From positions 100,110 through 164,109 of the forward strand of contig DATAJS010000005.1 in the NCBI GenBank assembly GCA_036262035.1: DNA of 64,000 nt. Reading direction: 5' to 3'. The notes beneath the pieces are model-generated. The model ran no database searches and was not told where the DNA came from. It saw only the letters and a program-made list of their open reading frames with translations. How positions within the stretch are numbered: position 1 is the stretch's first letter; the number at the start of each line of letters is the position of its first letter. Below, piece after piece: positions 1 through 10,339 of the stretch. This DNA is from Burkholderiales bacterium (GTDB lineage Bacteria > Pseudomonadota > Gammaproteobacteria > Burkholderiales > SG8-41). The translations under genes were made by a program, and so were the position numbers.

Positions 1-619
1 GGATCGTGCGCACGGCATCGAATCCCGCCGACGCCGCCACCGCGCGGTGGTTGCCGGAAAGCACTCTCACCGTCAACACGCCGAGCGGATTCAGTTTCAC
101 GAAGTCCTTCGCGGGATTGTCACCCACATACACCATGTCCGACCACGCGCACCGCTCCAGCTGCCGAATACGGTCGAAACAATAAGTCGACGGTTTCGCG
201 TTCTTCAGGCCGTATCGATGGGTGATGAACACCCGCTTGCAGCGCCCTGCGATACCGAGAGCCTCGACCTTTTTCTGCTGCGCGATCTTGTGTCCGTCGG
301 TCACCACATACAGCGGCGATACGAGCGTTCGCAGCAGGGCCGCCGCGGCCGGGAACAGCCGGATGTCCGGCTTGTGATGCCGGTACACTTTCACGCACTC
401 GGCGACGAGGCCCCGCGTACGCACGCCGTGGCGCTCCAGCAATTGGTCGAAGATACGCCCGCGGCCCTCGCGCTCCAACACCTCCGACATGATCGAGACG
501 CTGGCGGTCTCGTCCCAGCCGAAACGCTCGCGAGCCCACGCCGCGACGGCTCCGAAACCGCTGGTCACGTAAGTCAATTCGGGGTAGAGCGTATCGTCGA
601 GATCAAAAATCACGACCAT
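1..619 (-). CDS. HAD-superfamily hydrolase, first ~206 codons (3' end lies beyond the window edge)
   Basis: My own minus-strand translation from ATG at 619 reads MVVIFDLDDTLYPELTYVTSGFGAVAAWARERFGW... with HAD motif I DxDxT and a later VYVGDNPAKDF motif. The frame stays open to position 1, so it is absent from the ORF track. The start overlaps the upstream stop (603) by 17 nt. Confidence 0.7.
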   Translation of the reverse strand, partial: MVVIFDLDDTLYPELTYVTSGFGAVAAWARERFGWDETASVSIMSEVLEREGRGRIFDQLLERHGVRTRGLVAECVKVYRHHKPDIRLFPAAAALLRTLVSPLYVVTDGHKIAQQKKVEALGIAGRCKRVFITHRYGLKNAKPSTYCFDRIRQLERCAWSDMVYVGDNPAKDFVKLNPLGVLTVRVLSGNHRAVAASAGFDAVRTI

Positions 620-2519
620 AGGAATAACTGTCCTGCGCGACCCGGATCTGGCGCACCTCGCCGTCTATGCGACGGAAGCGACAGCCGCCGACATCGCCCC
701 CGCGGGCTTCTAGCACCGACCAATATAGCGTATCGAGTCCCGCGGCAATGGCGGTGGTCGAAGCGCCGCCGAAGCGCGGATTGCACTCGATCACGTGCAC
801 CGCGCCGGCGGCATCCACGAACGCCTGCATGACCACGGGTCCGCGCAGGCGCAGCGTATCCAGAATGGCCGCAGCACGCGCTTCGACCGCGGCGTCGCGG
901 AATGTCGTCGTCACCTGGGACTCGCCACCCACCACCAGGTCGCGGCGGCGCAGCACCAGCCCCTTGACGCGGTGCGAGCGATCGAGCCAAGCGTCTATGC
1001 TGATCTCGCGGCCGGTGACGAAGGGCTGGAATATCGGCGCCTCGAGGGTACGTGCGTGAGCGAGGGCGGCCGCCCGGTCAAGATCCAGGCCGAGCGCGCG
1101 AGAACCCGCGCCGTAACGTTCCTTGACGACGTAGCGCACGGCATCGATCTCGTCGATGTCGAGAGCCGCCGGGATGAAAGGCAGGCCGAGGGTCCGCCCA
1201 TGCTGCGCGAAAGCGAGCTTGTCGAGACATAGCCGCAGCGAGGCCGCGGGCGAAACGACGATCGAGATACCGGCGGCTTCGAAAGCCGTGCTGTTCTCGG
1301 CCCAGAACGAAAGCTCGCCGTCGCGGGTCGGCAGGATCACCGAGATGTCGCGGGCGCGGCATCCGTCCAGCACCTCGGCGATGTGCTGCGGGTTCGTCGG
1401 CGGCATACACCAGAACTCGTCCGCGACATAGGCGCAAAGCGCTTGGGGATTGGCGTCGCCGGCGATGACTTTGGCGTCGGTACCGATGCGTCTCGCCGCC
1501 TCGCGCACCGCGTAAAGCAGTGGCGTCTTGCGCGAGGCGCTGGTCACTAGTACCGCCAGCGGGACCGGCGCGCTGCGGCGTTCGCTCGCGGCCACCCGCT
1601 CGTGCTCGATGATCTCGGGGATGGCCGTATCGAGGTCGTATTCCGGCCGCCAGCCGATACCAGCCTGCAGAAGGGACACATCCGCCTGGGAAGCTTCGAA
1701 AGCAAGATCGGATTCGTGAAGCTCGGTGCGCATGCCGGGAAAGTGACGCCCCAGCGTATCGAGCACGTCCTGCACCCGCCGCGATCGGCCGGTGCCGAGG
1801 TTCACGATGCCCGTGACATCCGCCGCTTCGGCGAGACGCACGAGGCCTTCCGCCGCATCCGCCGCGTAGACGTAGTCGAACATGCCTTCGGGACGATAGA
1901 CCGTGATCGTCTCATCCTTCAGCAGGCTCCGCACCCAGCGCGAGATCACGTCGCGCGAGTTGCGACCGTAGCCGCGGAAGATGCGCGCGCACACGCTGCT
2001 GAAGCGGTCGGCGCAGAAACCGTTCAGGAACCGCAGTTCCATCTCGTGTGCGAACTTCGCCATGCCGGTGAGATTGCGCGGCGACACCGGATCGGTCTCG
2101 ACGAGGGGTCGCGGCGTCTCGCGCGGCGCGTCGAACTGGTACAGCGACGGGTCGTAGATGAGATAGCTCGAGGCGAAGACGACCCGGCGCAGGCTGGCGA
2201 TGTCCCGGGCAATGGACATCAGTTGATGGCTCAGCTGAACGTTGTGCCTGAAGTTCTCCGCCCAGAAACCGTACGTTTCGACGGACCTTTCGAACGTCGC
2301 GGCAAGGTGGATGAACGCATCAGGCGCGAAATCCTCCAGCTCCCCGGGCGTCATGTGGTTCAGATCGCCCTGACGGTAGACGATCTCGGATCCGAACGCG
2401 GCCGGCCGCGGCTTGAGATCGCCGACGAGGACCGCCGCACCGCGCGCGACCAGGCGGGGAACGATTTCGAGCCCGATCACGCCGGCCCCGCCGCTGACGA
2501 ACACGCGATTAAGCTTCAT
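603..2519 (-). CDS. Fusion protein: N-terminal NAD-dependent epimerase/dehydratase (extended SDR) domain plus C-terminal ATP-grasp ligase domain
   Basis: 638-aa ORF. The N-terminus VFVSGGAGVIGLEIVPRLVARGA is a Rossmann GxxGxxG motif. The C-terminal ~300 aa look ATP-grasp/carbamoyl-phosphate-synthase-like (VVKERYGAGS, HVIECNPRFGGAS). ATG 2519 overlaps the upstream stop by 11 nt. Confidence 0.8.
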   Translation of the reverse strand: MKLNRVFVSGGAGVIGLEIVPRLVARGAAVLVGDLKPRPAAFGSEIVYRQGDLNHMTPGELEDFAPDAFIHLAATFERSVETYGFWAENFRHNVQLSHQLMSIARDIASLRRVVFASSYLIYDPSLYQFDAPRETPRPLVETDPVSPRNLTGMAKFAHEMELRFLNGFCADRFSSVCARIFRGYGRNSRDVISRWVRSLLKDETITVYRPEGMFDYVYAADAAEGLVRLAEAADVTGIVNLGTGRSRRVQDVLDTLGRHFPGMRTELHESDLAFEASQADVSLLQAGIGWRPEYDLDTAIPEIIEHERVAASERRSAPVPLAVLVTSASRKTPLLYAVREAARRIGTDAKVIAGDANPQALCAYVADEFWCMPPTNPQHIAEVLDGCRARDISVILPTRDGELSFWAENSTAFEAAGISIVVSPAASLRLCLDKLAFAQHGRTLGLPFIPAALDIDEIDAVRYVVKERYGAGSRALGLDLDRAAALAHARTLEAPIFQPFVTGREISIDAWLDRSHRVKGLVLRRRDLVVGGESQVTTTFRDAAVEARAAAILDTLRLRGPVVMQAFVDAAGAVHVIECNPRFGGASTTAIAAGLDTLYWSVLEARGGDVGGCRFRRIDGEVRQIRVAQDSYSYGRDF

Positions 2520-3078
2520 GGCTCGCGAGGCAACCGTGCAGAAGGGAATCGATGGGCATCCCGTCGATGATCACGTGTTCTCGCATCGCGCCTTCGGGCC
2601 TGAAGCCGCACGATTCGAGAATCTCGATGTGGTGAGTGCGAATGGCAAACGTCTCCGTAAAAAGCCGGTTGAGCGCGAGAGCGCGGAAAGCGACCTGCTT
2701 CATCAGCTCGAGGAACGCGGCGAAGTCGCGCGCGTAGCCTTCGCGATCGCCGGCGCGCCGCGGATCGAGGAGAAACGAGAGCTCCGCGCGGCGGTGCTCC
2801 CAGGCTATATGCACGAGGCCTCCATATCCGATGAGCGTGTCACGCTCGGAATAGGCGAAGAGCACGTTGGAGGGCTGCCGCCTCGCCATGTCCGGCCAGA
2901 TCTGCGCTTCGTAGTACCGCTGCTGCTGTTGCGGCGTGATCTCGTCGCGCTGCCTCAGCACGTCACGCTGAGCGTTGCGCCATTGGCGGATCGCTTCAAC
3001 GTGCTCGGCCTGGACCGGGCACACCGAATAATCCGCGCGCTCGTAACACTGGCGTGCGAGACAGACGTACTCTCTCAT
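2509..3078 (-). CDS. GNAT-family N-acetyltransferase, PseH-like
   Basis: About 189 aa. It has a RimL/PseH-like pattern (VEAIRQWRNAQRDV, GYGGLVHIAWEHRRAELSFLL, LNRLFTETFAIRTHHIEILESCGF) and sits in a pseB/pseC operon. ATG at 3078 gives a TGATG overlap with the upstream stop; TTG at 3081 is the alternative start. Confidence 0.7.
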   Translation of the reverse strand: MREYVCLARQCYERADYSVCPVQAEHVEAIRQWRNAQRDVLRQRDEITPQQQQRYYEAQIWPDMARRQPSNVLFAYSERDTLIGYGGLVHIAWEHRRAELSFLLDPRRAGDREGYARDFAAFLELMKQVAFRALALNRLFTETFAIRTHHIEILESCGFRPEGAMREHVIIDGMPIDSLLHGCLASHEA

Positions 3079-3971
3079 CAACGATCGGATCGTGGCCGCC
3101 GCGCGACGACGAGGAGATCACGTCCGACGCCGACCGCGGAAAGCGCCCTGTAGATCTTTCGGCGCAGCGCCTTCGGCAGGTTGAGCTCGAAGTTGCAGCG
3201 CATGCGATGCGCTTCCTTGCCGCGCTCCGCGGCGTCGACGTAATTGACGCCGAACAGCAGGAAAGCCTCCATCGGGAAGTCGGCGGTGATCTCGAGCGGT
3301 TCGAGCCCGACCGCGTCGCACGTGGTGCCCACCGACTCCGGGGAGAAGTAATTGATGTGATCCGGCGCCGCGACCCACCAGTACTGCCGTTGCGTGACGC
3401 GCTGCGCGGCCTCCTGGATTTCGGAGAAGTCGTTGGGGACCCTGAACACGACAACGCCACCCGGCTGCACGAGCGATCGCGCAAGCGTCAGGAATCGGAC
3501 GGGATCCGGGACATGCTCGAGCACGTTGAGGAGCGTCACCGCTCGGTAGCGGCCGGCGTTCTCGGGTTTACCGGCCCAACCCTCGAGCGTGGATTGCTCG
3601 GCCTTGAGCCCGCGCTCGCGCGCGACCTGGACAGCGTCGGACGAAGGTTCGATGCCTTCGGCGGACGCGCCGTTGGCGGACAGGTACTGCACCAGGTGGC
3701 CGACTCCGCAGCCGATGTCCAGCACGGGCGCACCGGGGTCGGTGGTCTCGACGATCGCATCCAGGCAGTCGCTGTACAGCGTAGTTCTCAGCCAGTGCAG
3801 CTCGTCTTCAGCCTCCTTGCCGCCGCGCAGCATGCGGCCCAGCTCCTGGGCGCGGCCGCCCTTGCGGATGAGATCGTAATACTCACTTTCATAGAATGCG
3901 CTCAGCCTCGCGTCATCGGGGATGGGATCGAGTTGAAGGAAACCGAGGGCGTGGCGGCGAACCGAGGACAT
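3078..3971 (-). CDS. Class I SAM-dependent methyltransferase
   Basis: 297 aa with SAM motif I VLDIGCGVGHL and post-I/II motifs (AEGIEPS, TLLNVLEHVPDP, GGVVVFRVPN). A GAGG Shine-Dalgarno lies about 8 nt upstream of the ATG. Confidence 0.85.
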   Translation of the reverse strand: MSSVRRHALGFLQLDPIPDDARLSAFYESEYYDLIRKGGRAQELGRMLRGGKEAEDELHWLRTTLYSDCLDAIVETTDPGAPVLDIGCGVGHLVQYLSANGASAEGIEPSSDAVQVARERGLKAEQSTLEGWAGKPENAGRYRAVTLLNVLEHVPDPVRFLTLARSLVQPGGVVVFRVPNDFSEIQEAAQRVTQRQYWWVAAPDHINYFSPESVGTTCDAVGLEPLEITADFPMEAFLLFGVNYVDAAERGKEAHRMRCNFELNLPKALRRKIYRALSAVGVGRDLLVVARRPRSDR

Positions 3972-3981
3972 GGTGGAAACC

Positions 3982-6009
3982 TCAATTTAGCCGGCTGAAG
4001 CCGGCGTGGCAGACCGGGCCCTTCAGCAGGCTCATGACATCGCGGCCGTTCTCGCATTCGGCGATCAGCGCGAACACGCCGTCGAGGGCGTCGAAATATC
4101 CGTCGACCACATCCTTGGTATGCCGGGTGCAGACGTACACGCTGTTGCTGGCGAGGTAGCCCTTCGCGAGCATCTCCTGTGTGATCAGCGTCTTGTAGGC
4201 GAGCGCATGGGGGCTCTTCACGGTGAAGCCGGCGAGCGCCGGCAGGCCCCACTGCTCGATCTCGATGCAGTGGCGGTCCGCGAGCGCCTGCCAGCGGCGC
4301 TTGATGTCGTTACCGACCGCCGTGATGACCTCCCACGACTTGACCCGCTCCATGACTTCGAGCGTTTTCAACGCGGCCGTCGGCCCGATGCGCTCGGTCC
4401 AGAAGGTGCTGCTGATGAACGTGCTCTGCGCGGCCTCCATGACTTCGCGTCGCCCGATGGTCGCAGTGATCGCGTAGCCGTTGCCGAGCGCCTTGCCGAA
4501 CATCGCAAGGTCGGGCTCGACCCCATAGACCTTGTGCAGGCCGCCAAACGATTGCCTGAAACCCGAGGTGCATTCGTCGAATACGAGCACGATCCCGCGA
4601 CTCGTCGCCAGGGCGCGCACTTTTTCGAGAAATCCGTCGACAGGGCCATTGTTGCGCGAGACCTCCATGACGATGACGCCGACGTCGTGATCCCGGACGA
4701 GCCCTTCGACCGCGGCGTAGTCGTTGTACCTGAAAGGCAGCACGCTGCCGCGTAGCGTCGCGGGAACGCCGTTCGGTTCCAACCCCGGCAGCAGGTGTCC
4801 GGCGAGCGTCTGCTCGTCGCCGAGATTCGCCGCGAGGTACCAGTCGTGCCAGCCGTGGTAGCCGCAAAACGCCACTTTCTCGCGGCCCGCCGCCGCGCGC
4901 GCGATCCGGATCGCGATCGCGTTCGCCTCGCCGCCCGACCTCGCGAAGCGCGCCATCTGGGCCCAGGGATGCAGCTCGACGAGCCGCTCGGCGAGGTACA
5001 CTTCTTCCGGGCAGTTGAAAGTCGACATGTTGCCGCTGTCGATCGTCGCGCGGACGGCATCATCGATCTCGGCGTCGCCGTAGCCGAGCGTATTGGTGCC
5101 GATTCCCATGATGCACATGTCGGTGTAGGCCCGGCCGTCGAGGTCCCACACCGTGCAGCCCGAGGCCTTGCTGAAGTACGCGGGCCACTGGTCGGGTAGG
5201 AACATCTCCGCACGCTTGGAAAGCAGCATGCTGCCCCCGGGGATGAGCCGCTTTGCCCGCTTCCACAACTTCTGGCCCGTGCCCAGCTGCAGGCCTTCGT
5301 TACGCGCGAAATTCTGATTGGCCATAAACAATTCCGGTTGTTTGTTGCGCAAAGCGAGCACTTCGAGCCAGCCGAAGTCGCGGCGCGGCTGGAAATGCTC
5401 GAACACGTTCTTGACGACCTCGAAATCCTCGGGTTCGTCGACCGTCCAGCGCTCGCGCGACTCGTCCGACGCGTGCTGTACCGCCGCGACGGTGAATCTG
5501 CCCGACTCGCGGATGAACGGCGTCACGTGCTCGCGCTCGTAGTCGGCCTTCGCCTCGCGCCAGGCCGTGTGCAGGGCGGTATACGAAAAGACTTCGGTGT
5601 CGAGACCGTCGGGGTACGTCGGCGGCAACGAGTTGCTCGCATAGTCCGCACCGGCGTCGCGAAACTTCGTTATCACCGCATCGACGAGTTCGGGATCAAT
5701 GAGGGGACAATCGCCGGTTATGCGGACCACCACGTCGGCTTCGGCGCTGCCCGCCGCGAAATTGTACCGGTCGAGCACATCCTTCTCGCTACCCCGGTAG
5801 ACGTTGTAGCCGAGGCCGCGCACATAGTCGGCGAGCGCATCGTTGCGCACGTCCTCGGACGTCGCGAGCACGATCTGATCGATGAGCTTCGATCCGGCCA
5901 GACGCTCAAGCAGCAGCCCGATCAGCGGCGTTCCGGCGATCGTGCGCATCACTTTGGACGGAAAGCGCATCGAGCCCATCCGAGCCTGGACGATCGCCAC
6001 GGTTTTCAA
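3982..6009 (-). CDS. Fusion protein: SpsF-type sugar cytidylyltransferase (N-terminal) plus class-III PLP aminotransferase resembling glutamate-1-semialdehyde aminomutase (C-terminal)
   Basis: N-terminal KTVAIVQARMGSMRFPSKV...ITGDCPLIDP is the SpsF/CMP-sugar-synthase-like signature. The C-terminal ~420 aa carry FARSGGEANAIAIRIARA, VFDECTSGFR and FGKALGNGY. The ORF-track start at 6237 is rejected because its Arg/Ser-rich leader overlaps the upstream gene. TTG at 6009 forms a TTGA overlap with the AKR stop; ATG at 5979 is the alternative. Confidence 0.8.
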   Translation of the reverse strand: MKTVAIVQARMGSMRFPSKVMRTIAGTPLIGLLLERLAGSKLIDQIVLATSEDVRNDALADYVRGLGYNVYRGSEKDVLDRYNFAAGSAEADVVVRITGDCPLIDPELVDAVITKFRDAGADYASNSLPPTYPDGLDTEVFSYTALHTAWREAKADYEREHVTPFIRESGRFTVAAVQHASDESRERWTVDEPEDFEVVKNVFEHFQPRRDFGWLEVLALRNKQPELFMANQNFARNEGLQLGTGQKLWKRAKRLIPGGSMLLSKRAEMFLPDQWPAYFSKASGCTVWDLDGRAYTDMCIMGIGTNTLGYGDAEIDDAVRATIDSGNMSTFNCPEEVYLAERLVELHPWAQMARFARSGGEANAIAIRIARAAAGREKVAFCGYHGWHDWYLAANLGDEQTLAGHLLPGLEPNGVPATLRGSVLPFRYNDYAAVEGLVRDHDVGVIVMEVSRNNGPVDGFLEKVRALATSRGIVLVFDECTSGFRQSFGGLHKVYGVEPDLAMFGKALGNGYAITATIGRREVMEAAQSTFISSTFWTERIGPTAALKTLEVMERVKSWEVITAVGNDIKRRWQALADRHCIEIEQWGLPALAGFTVKSPHALAYKTLITQEMLAKGYLASNSVYVCTRHTKDVVDGYFDALDGVFALIAECENGRDVMSLLKGPVCHAGFSRLN

Positions 6010-6874
6010 TGAACCCTCCAGCGCGACGGATTGATGAGATCGGGATCGTCGCTCGCGATGTCGGGCGGCGGCGCGGGGGCAGTTCCCGACGCGGCGGCGA
6101 GCAGATCTTCGAGCTGTGCCGGATTGTCGACGCCGACGACGATACGCGCGACTTCCGGGTGCGCGGCGGCAAATGCAAGACACGCTGCGGGAGCGCTCGC
6201 TCCGCCATCCCGCAACCATTCGTCCAGTTTGCGCCATACCGACGACCAGCGGTTGAAATAGCCCGGCCGTGCGGCCGCGCTCATCAACAGCAGCCCCTGC
6301 AGGAACACCGAGCGCACGTGCACTTCGACGCCCATCGCGTGCAGCTTGGCGAGCCAGCCGGAAGACGCGAGACGCCGGTCGAGCAGATTCAACGGCGCCT
6401 GCACGATATCAAGAGCAAAGCGCGGCCACAAGGCGTCGAGCTCATGCGGGTCGTAGATAGACACGCCGAGCTTGTCGACGATCCCGCGCTGCTTGAGAGC
6501 GTCCAGCGCGGTATACAACTCGACGCCGCGCTCGCCCATGAGCTGGGCTGGCCGATGCAACAGCAGCCCCCCCAACCGCCTCAGACGCAGGCGCCGCAGC
6601 GACGACTCGACCGACTCGTCGACCCATCGCGCAACATCGGGGCAACTCTCGGGAATCGCCGGCAGCTTCGAGATCACGCGCCATGCCGCGACGCCAATGC
6701 TGCCGAGGCGCTGCTCGCTTTCGCCGTAGCCGACCGCCGTGTCTATCGTGTCGAGCCCGGCTTGGCGCGCGCGCGCCAGGATCCTTTGCGAATCCTCGTA
6801 AGCCACTTGTCCGCTGCGGTTTGCGACGCCGTAGGTCAGCCCGAACTGCGCCGTGCCGAGCGCGAGACGGCTGC

Positions 6875-6878
<4 letters not shown>
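6006..6878 (-). CDS. Aldo/keto reductase family oxidoreductase
   Basis: 290 aa with LGTAQFGLTYGVAN, DTAVGYGESE and GVSIYDP, a typical AKR pattern. The start overlaps the pseC stop by 4 nt. Confidence 0.85.
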
Positions 6879-9117
<2,239 letters not shown>

Positions 9118-9146
9118 TCAGCGTGCCGGTGATCCGTTGATGCCAT

Positions 9147-10337
9147 TCAGCGCAACGACAGGTGTCGCCGGAGCAGACGTAGCCGCTCGGCTTGCTCCGG
9201 GTCGGCGCTGGAGCGCAGGATCGATTCGCTGATGGAAACCCAGAGCAGTGCCGCGAAAGTGCCGGCGGCCGCAAAGAGTAACACGATCATGCTGCGTTTC
9301 GGCTTGGACTTGCGGTCGGGCTCGATCGCTCTGTCGAGCACCTGTATGACGGCGGAGTCCTTCGCCTCGTCGATTTTGGCGAGCTCGAATTGCTTCGCGA
9401 GCAGCTCGTAGAGCGTCTCGTTGTAACGAAGGTCGCGCAGCAGGCCGAGATTGCGCAGGCCTTGTCCGCCGGCAGGGGTGTCGCTTGCGGCCCCGCCGGC
9501 GGCCCCCTCGATCTTGGCGAGCTCGCGTTTGATCGACTCCAGCTCCTGCTGGGCAAGCCGCAACTCGGGGTTGCTCTCGCCGGCGAAGGTGCGCATGGCC
9601 CCGATCTGCACTTCCTTTAGGGACATCTGCGCGCGCAGCCGCGCGGTAGTCTCGACCATCGCGCGGCCTTGCTCGTCAACCTTGACGAGGCCGCCTGCCT
9701 GCAGGCCGCGGCGCGCTGCGACCTCCGCCTTCGTGAGGCTGCTCTTTGCCTGCTGCAGCTGGTGCTCGAAGAAAAGCCTGCGCTGCGACGCTTCCGTCAC
9801 GGCGAGCATGCGCGTGAGCTTCATCAGTTCGTCGATGTACCCGTTGGCGATCTCGGCCGCGAGCTTCGCGTCCTTCTGGTCGACGTCGACGGTGATGATG
9901 CCGTCCTTTCCGGTCGCGATGTTGGTGTCGGCCTCCAGGCGCTTGCGCGCGTCAGACGCGAGCTTCACCTCGTAGATCTGCATCAGGCCGAACCGCTGGA
10001 TCAAATTGTCCGCGACGGTACGGCTCTTGAGCATGCCGATGTACAGCTCATTCGGGTTCTTGATCCCCGAGGCCGCGCCGAGCAGCGGCGCCGCGCCGCC
10101 GATCTGGCTGAGCAGGGCCGCGGCGGCCGACTGGTTCTGCTGCGGCGGCAGGATGCGCGTCGAGGCCGTGTAGATGTTCGGCAGGATCAGGCTGTACACG
10201 ATGGCGACGAGGATCGCGGCGAGCGGCACCCCCAGCATCACGCGCTTGTGTCTTGCGAGCATGAGCAAGACTTCCAGCATGCTGATCTCGGTGCGGGAAT
10301 TGGGTGCCGTCGGCGCCAGCGAGCGATCTTCCTCCAC
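9147..10337 (-). CDS. Polysaccharide co-polymerase / chain-length determinant (Wzz-domain, KpsE/GumC-like, no kinase domain)
   Basis: 396 aa. There is an N-terminal TM helix after EISMLEVLLMLARHKR, then ILPNIYTAS, a long coiled-coil-like periplasmic region and a C-terminal TM helix (MIVLLFAAAGTFAALLWV). The GTG start lies 2 nt after the exporter stop. Confidence 0.75.
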   Translation of the reverse strand: MEEDRSLAPTAPNSRTEISMLEVLLMLARHKRVMLGVPLAAILVAIVYSLILPNIYTASTRILPPQQNQSAAAALLSQIGGAAPLLGAASGIKNPNELYIGMLKSRTVADNLIQRFGLMQIYEVKLASDARKRLEADTNIATGKDGIITVDVDQKDAKLAAEIANGYIDELMKLTRMLAVTEASQRRLFFEHQLQQAKSSLTKAEVAARRGLQAGGLVKVDEQGRAMVETTARLRAQMSLKEVQIGAMRTFAGESNPELRLAQQELESIKRELAKIEGAAGGAASDTPAGGQGLRNLGLLRDLRYNETLYELLAKQFELAKIDEAKDSAVIQVLDRAIEPDRKSKPKRSMIVLLFAAAGTFAALLWVSISESILRSSADPEQAERLRLLRRHLSLR

Positions 10338-10339
10338 CC

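Noticed and set aside
47-832. 261-aa plus-strand ORF and the 139-aa minus-strand ORF (120..539) at the left edge
   Set aside because: Neither has protein-like composition. The real gene here is the HAD hydrolase in another minus-strand frame, open to the window edge and therefore missing from the ORF track.
6010-6237. 76-codon N-terminal extension of the cytidylyltransferase::aminotransferase ORF
   Set aside because: The extension is an Arg/Ser-rich leader that fully overlaps the 3' end of the aldo-keto reductase gene. The conserved SpsF-type N-terminus (KTVAIVQARMGS) begins at TTG 6009.
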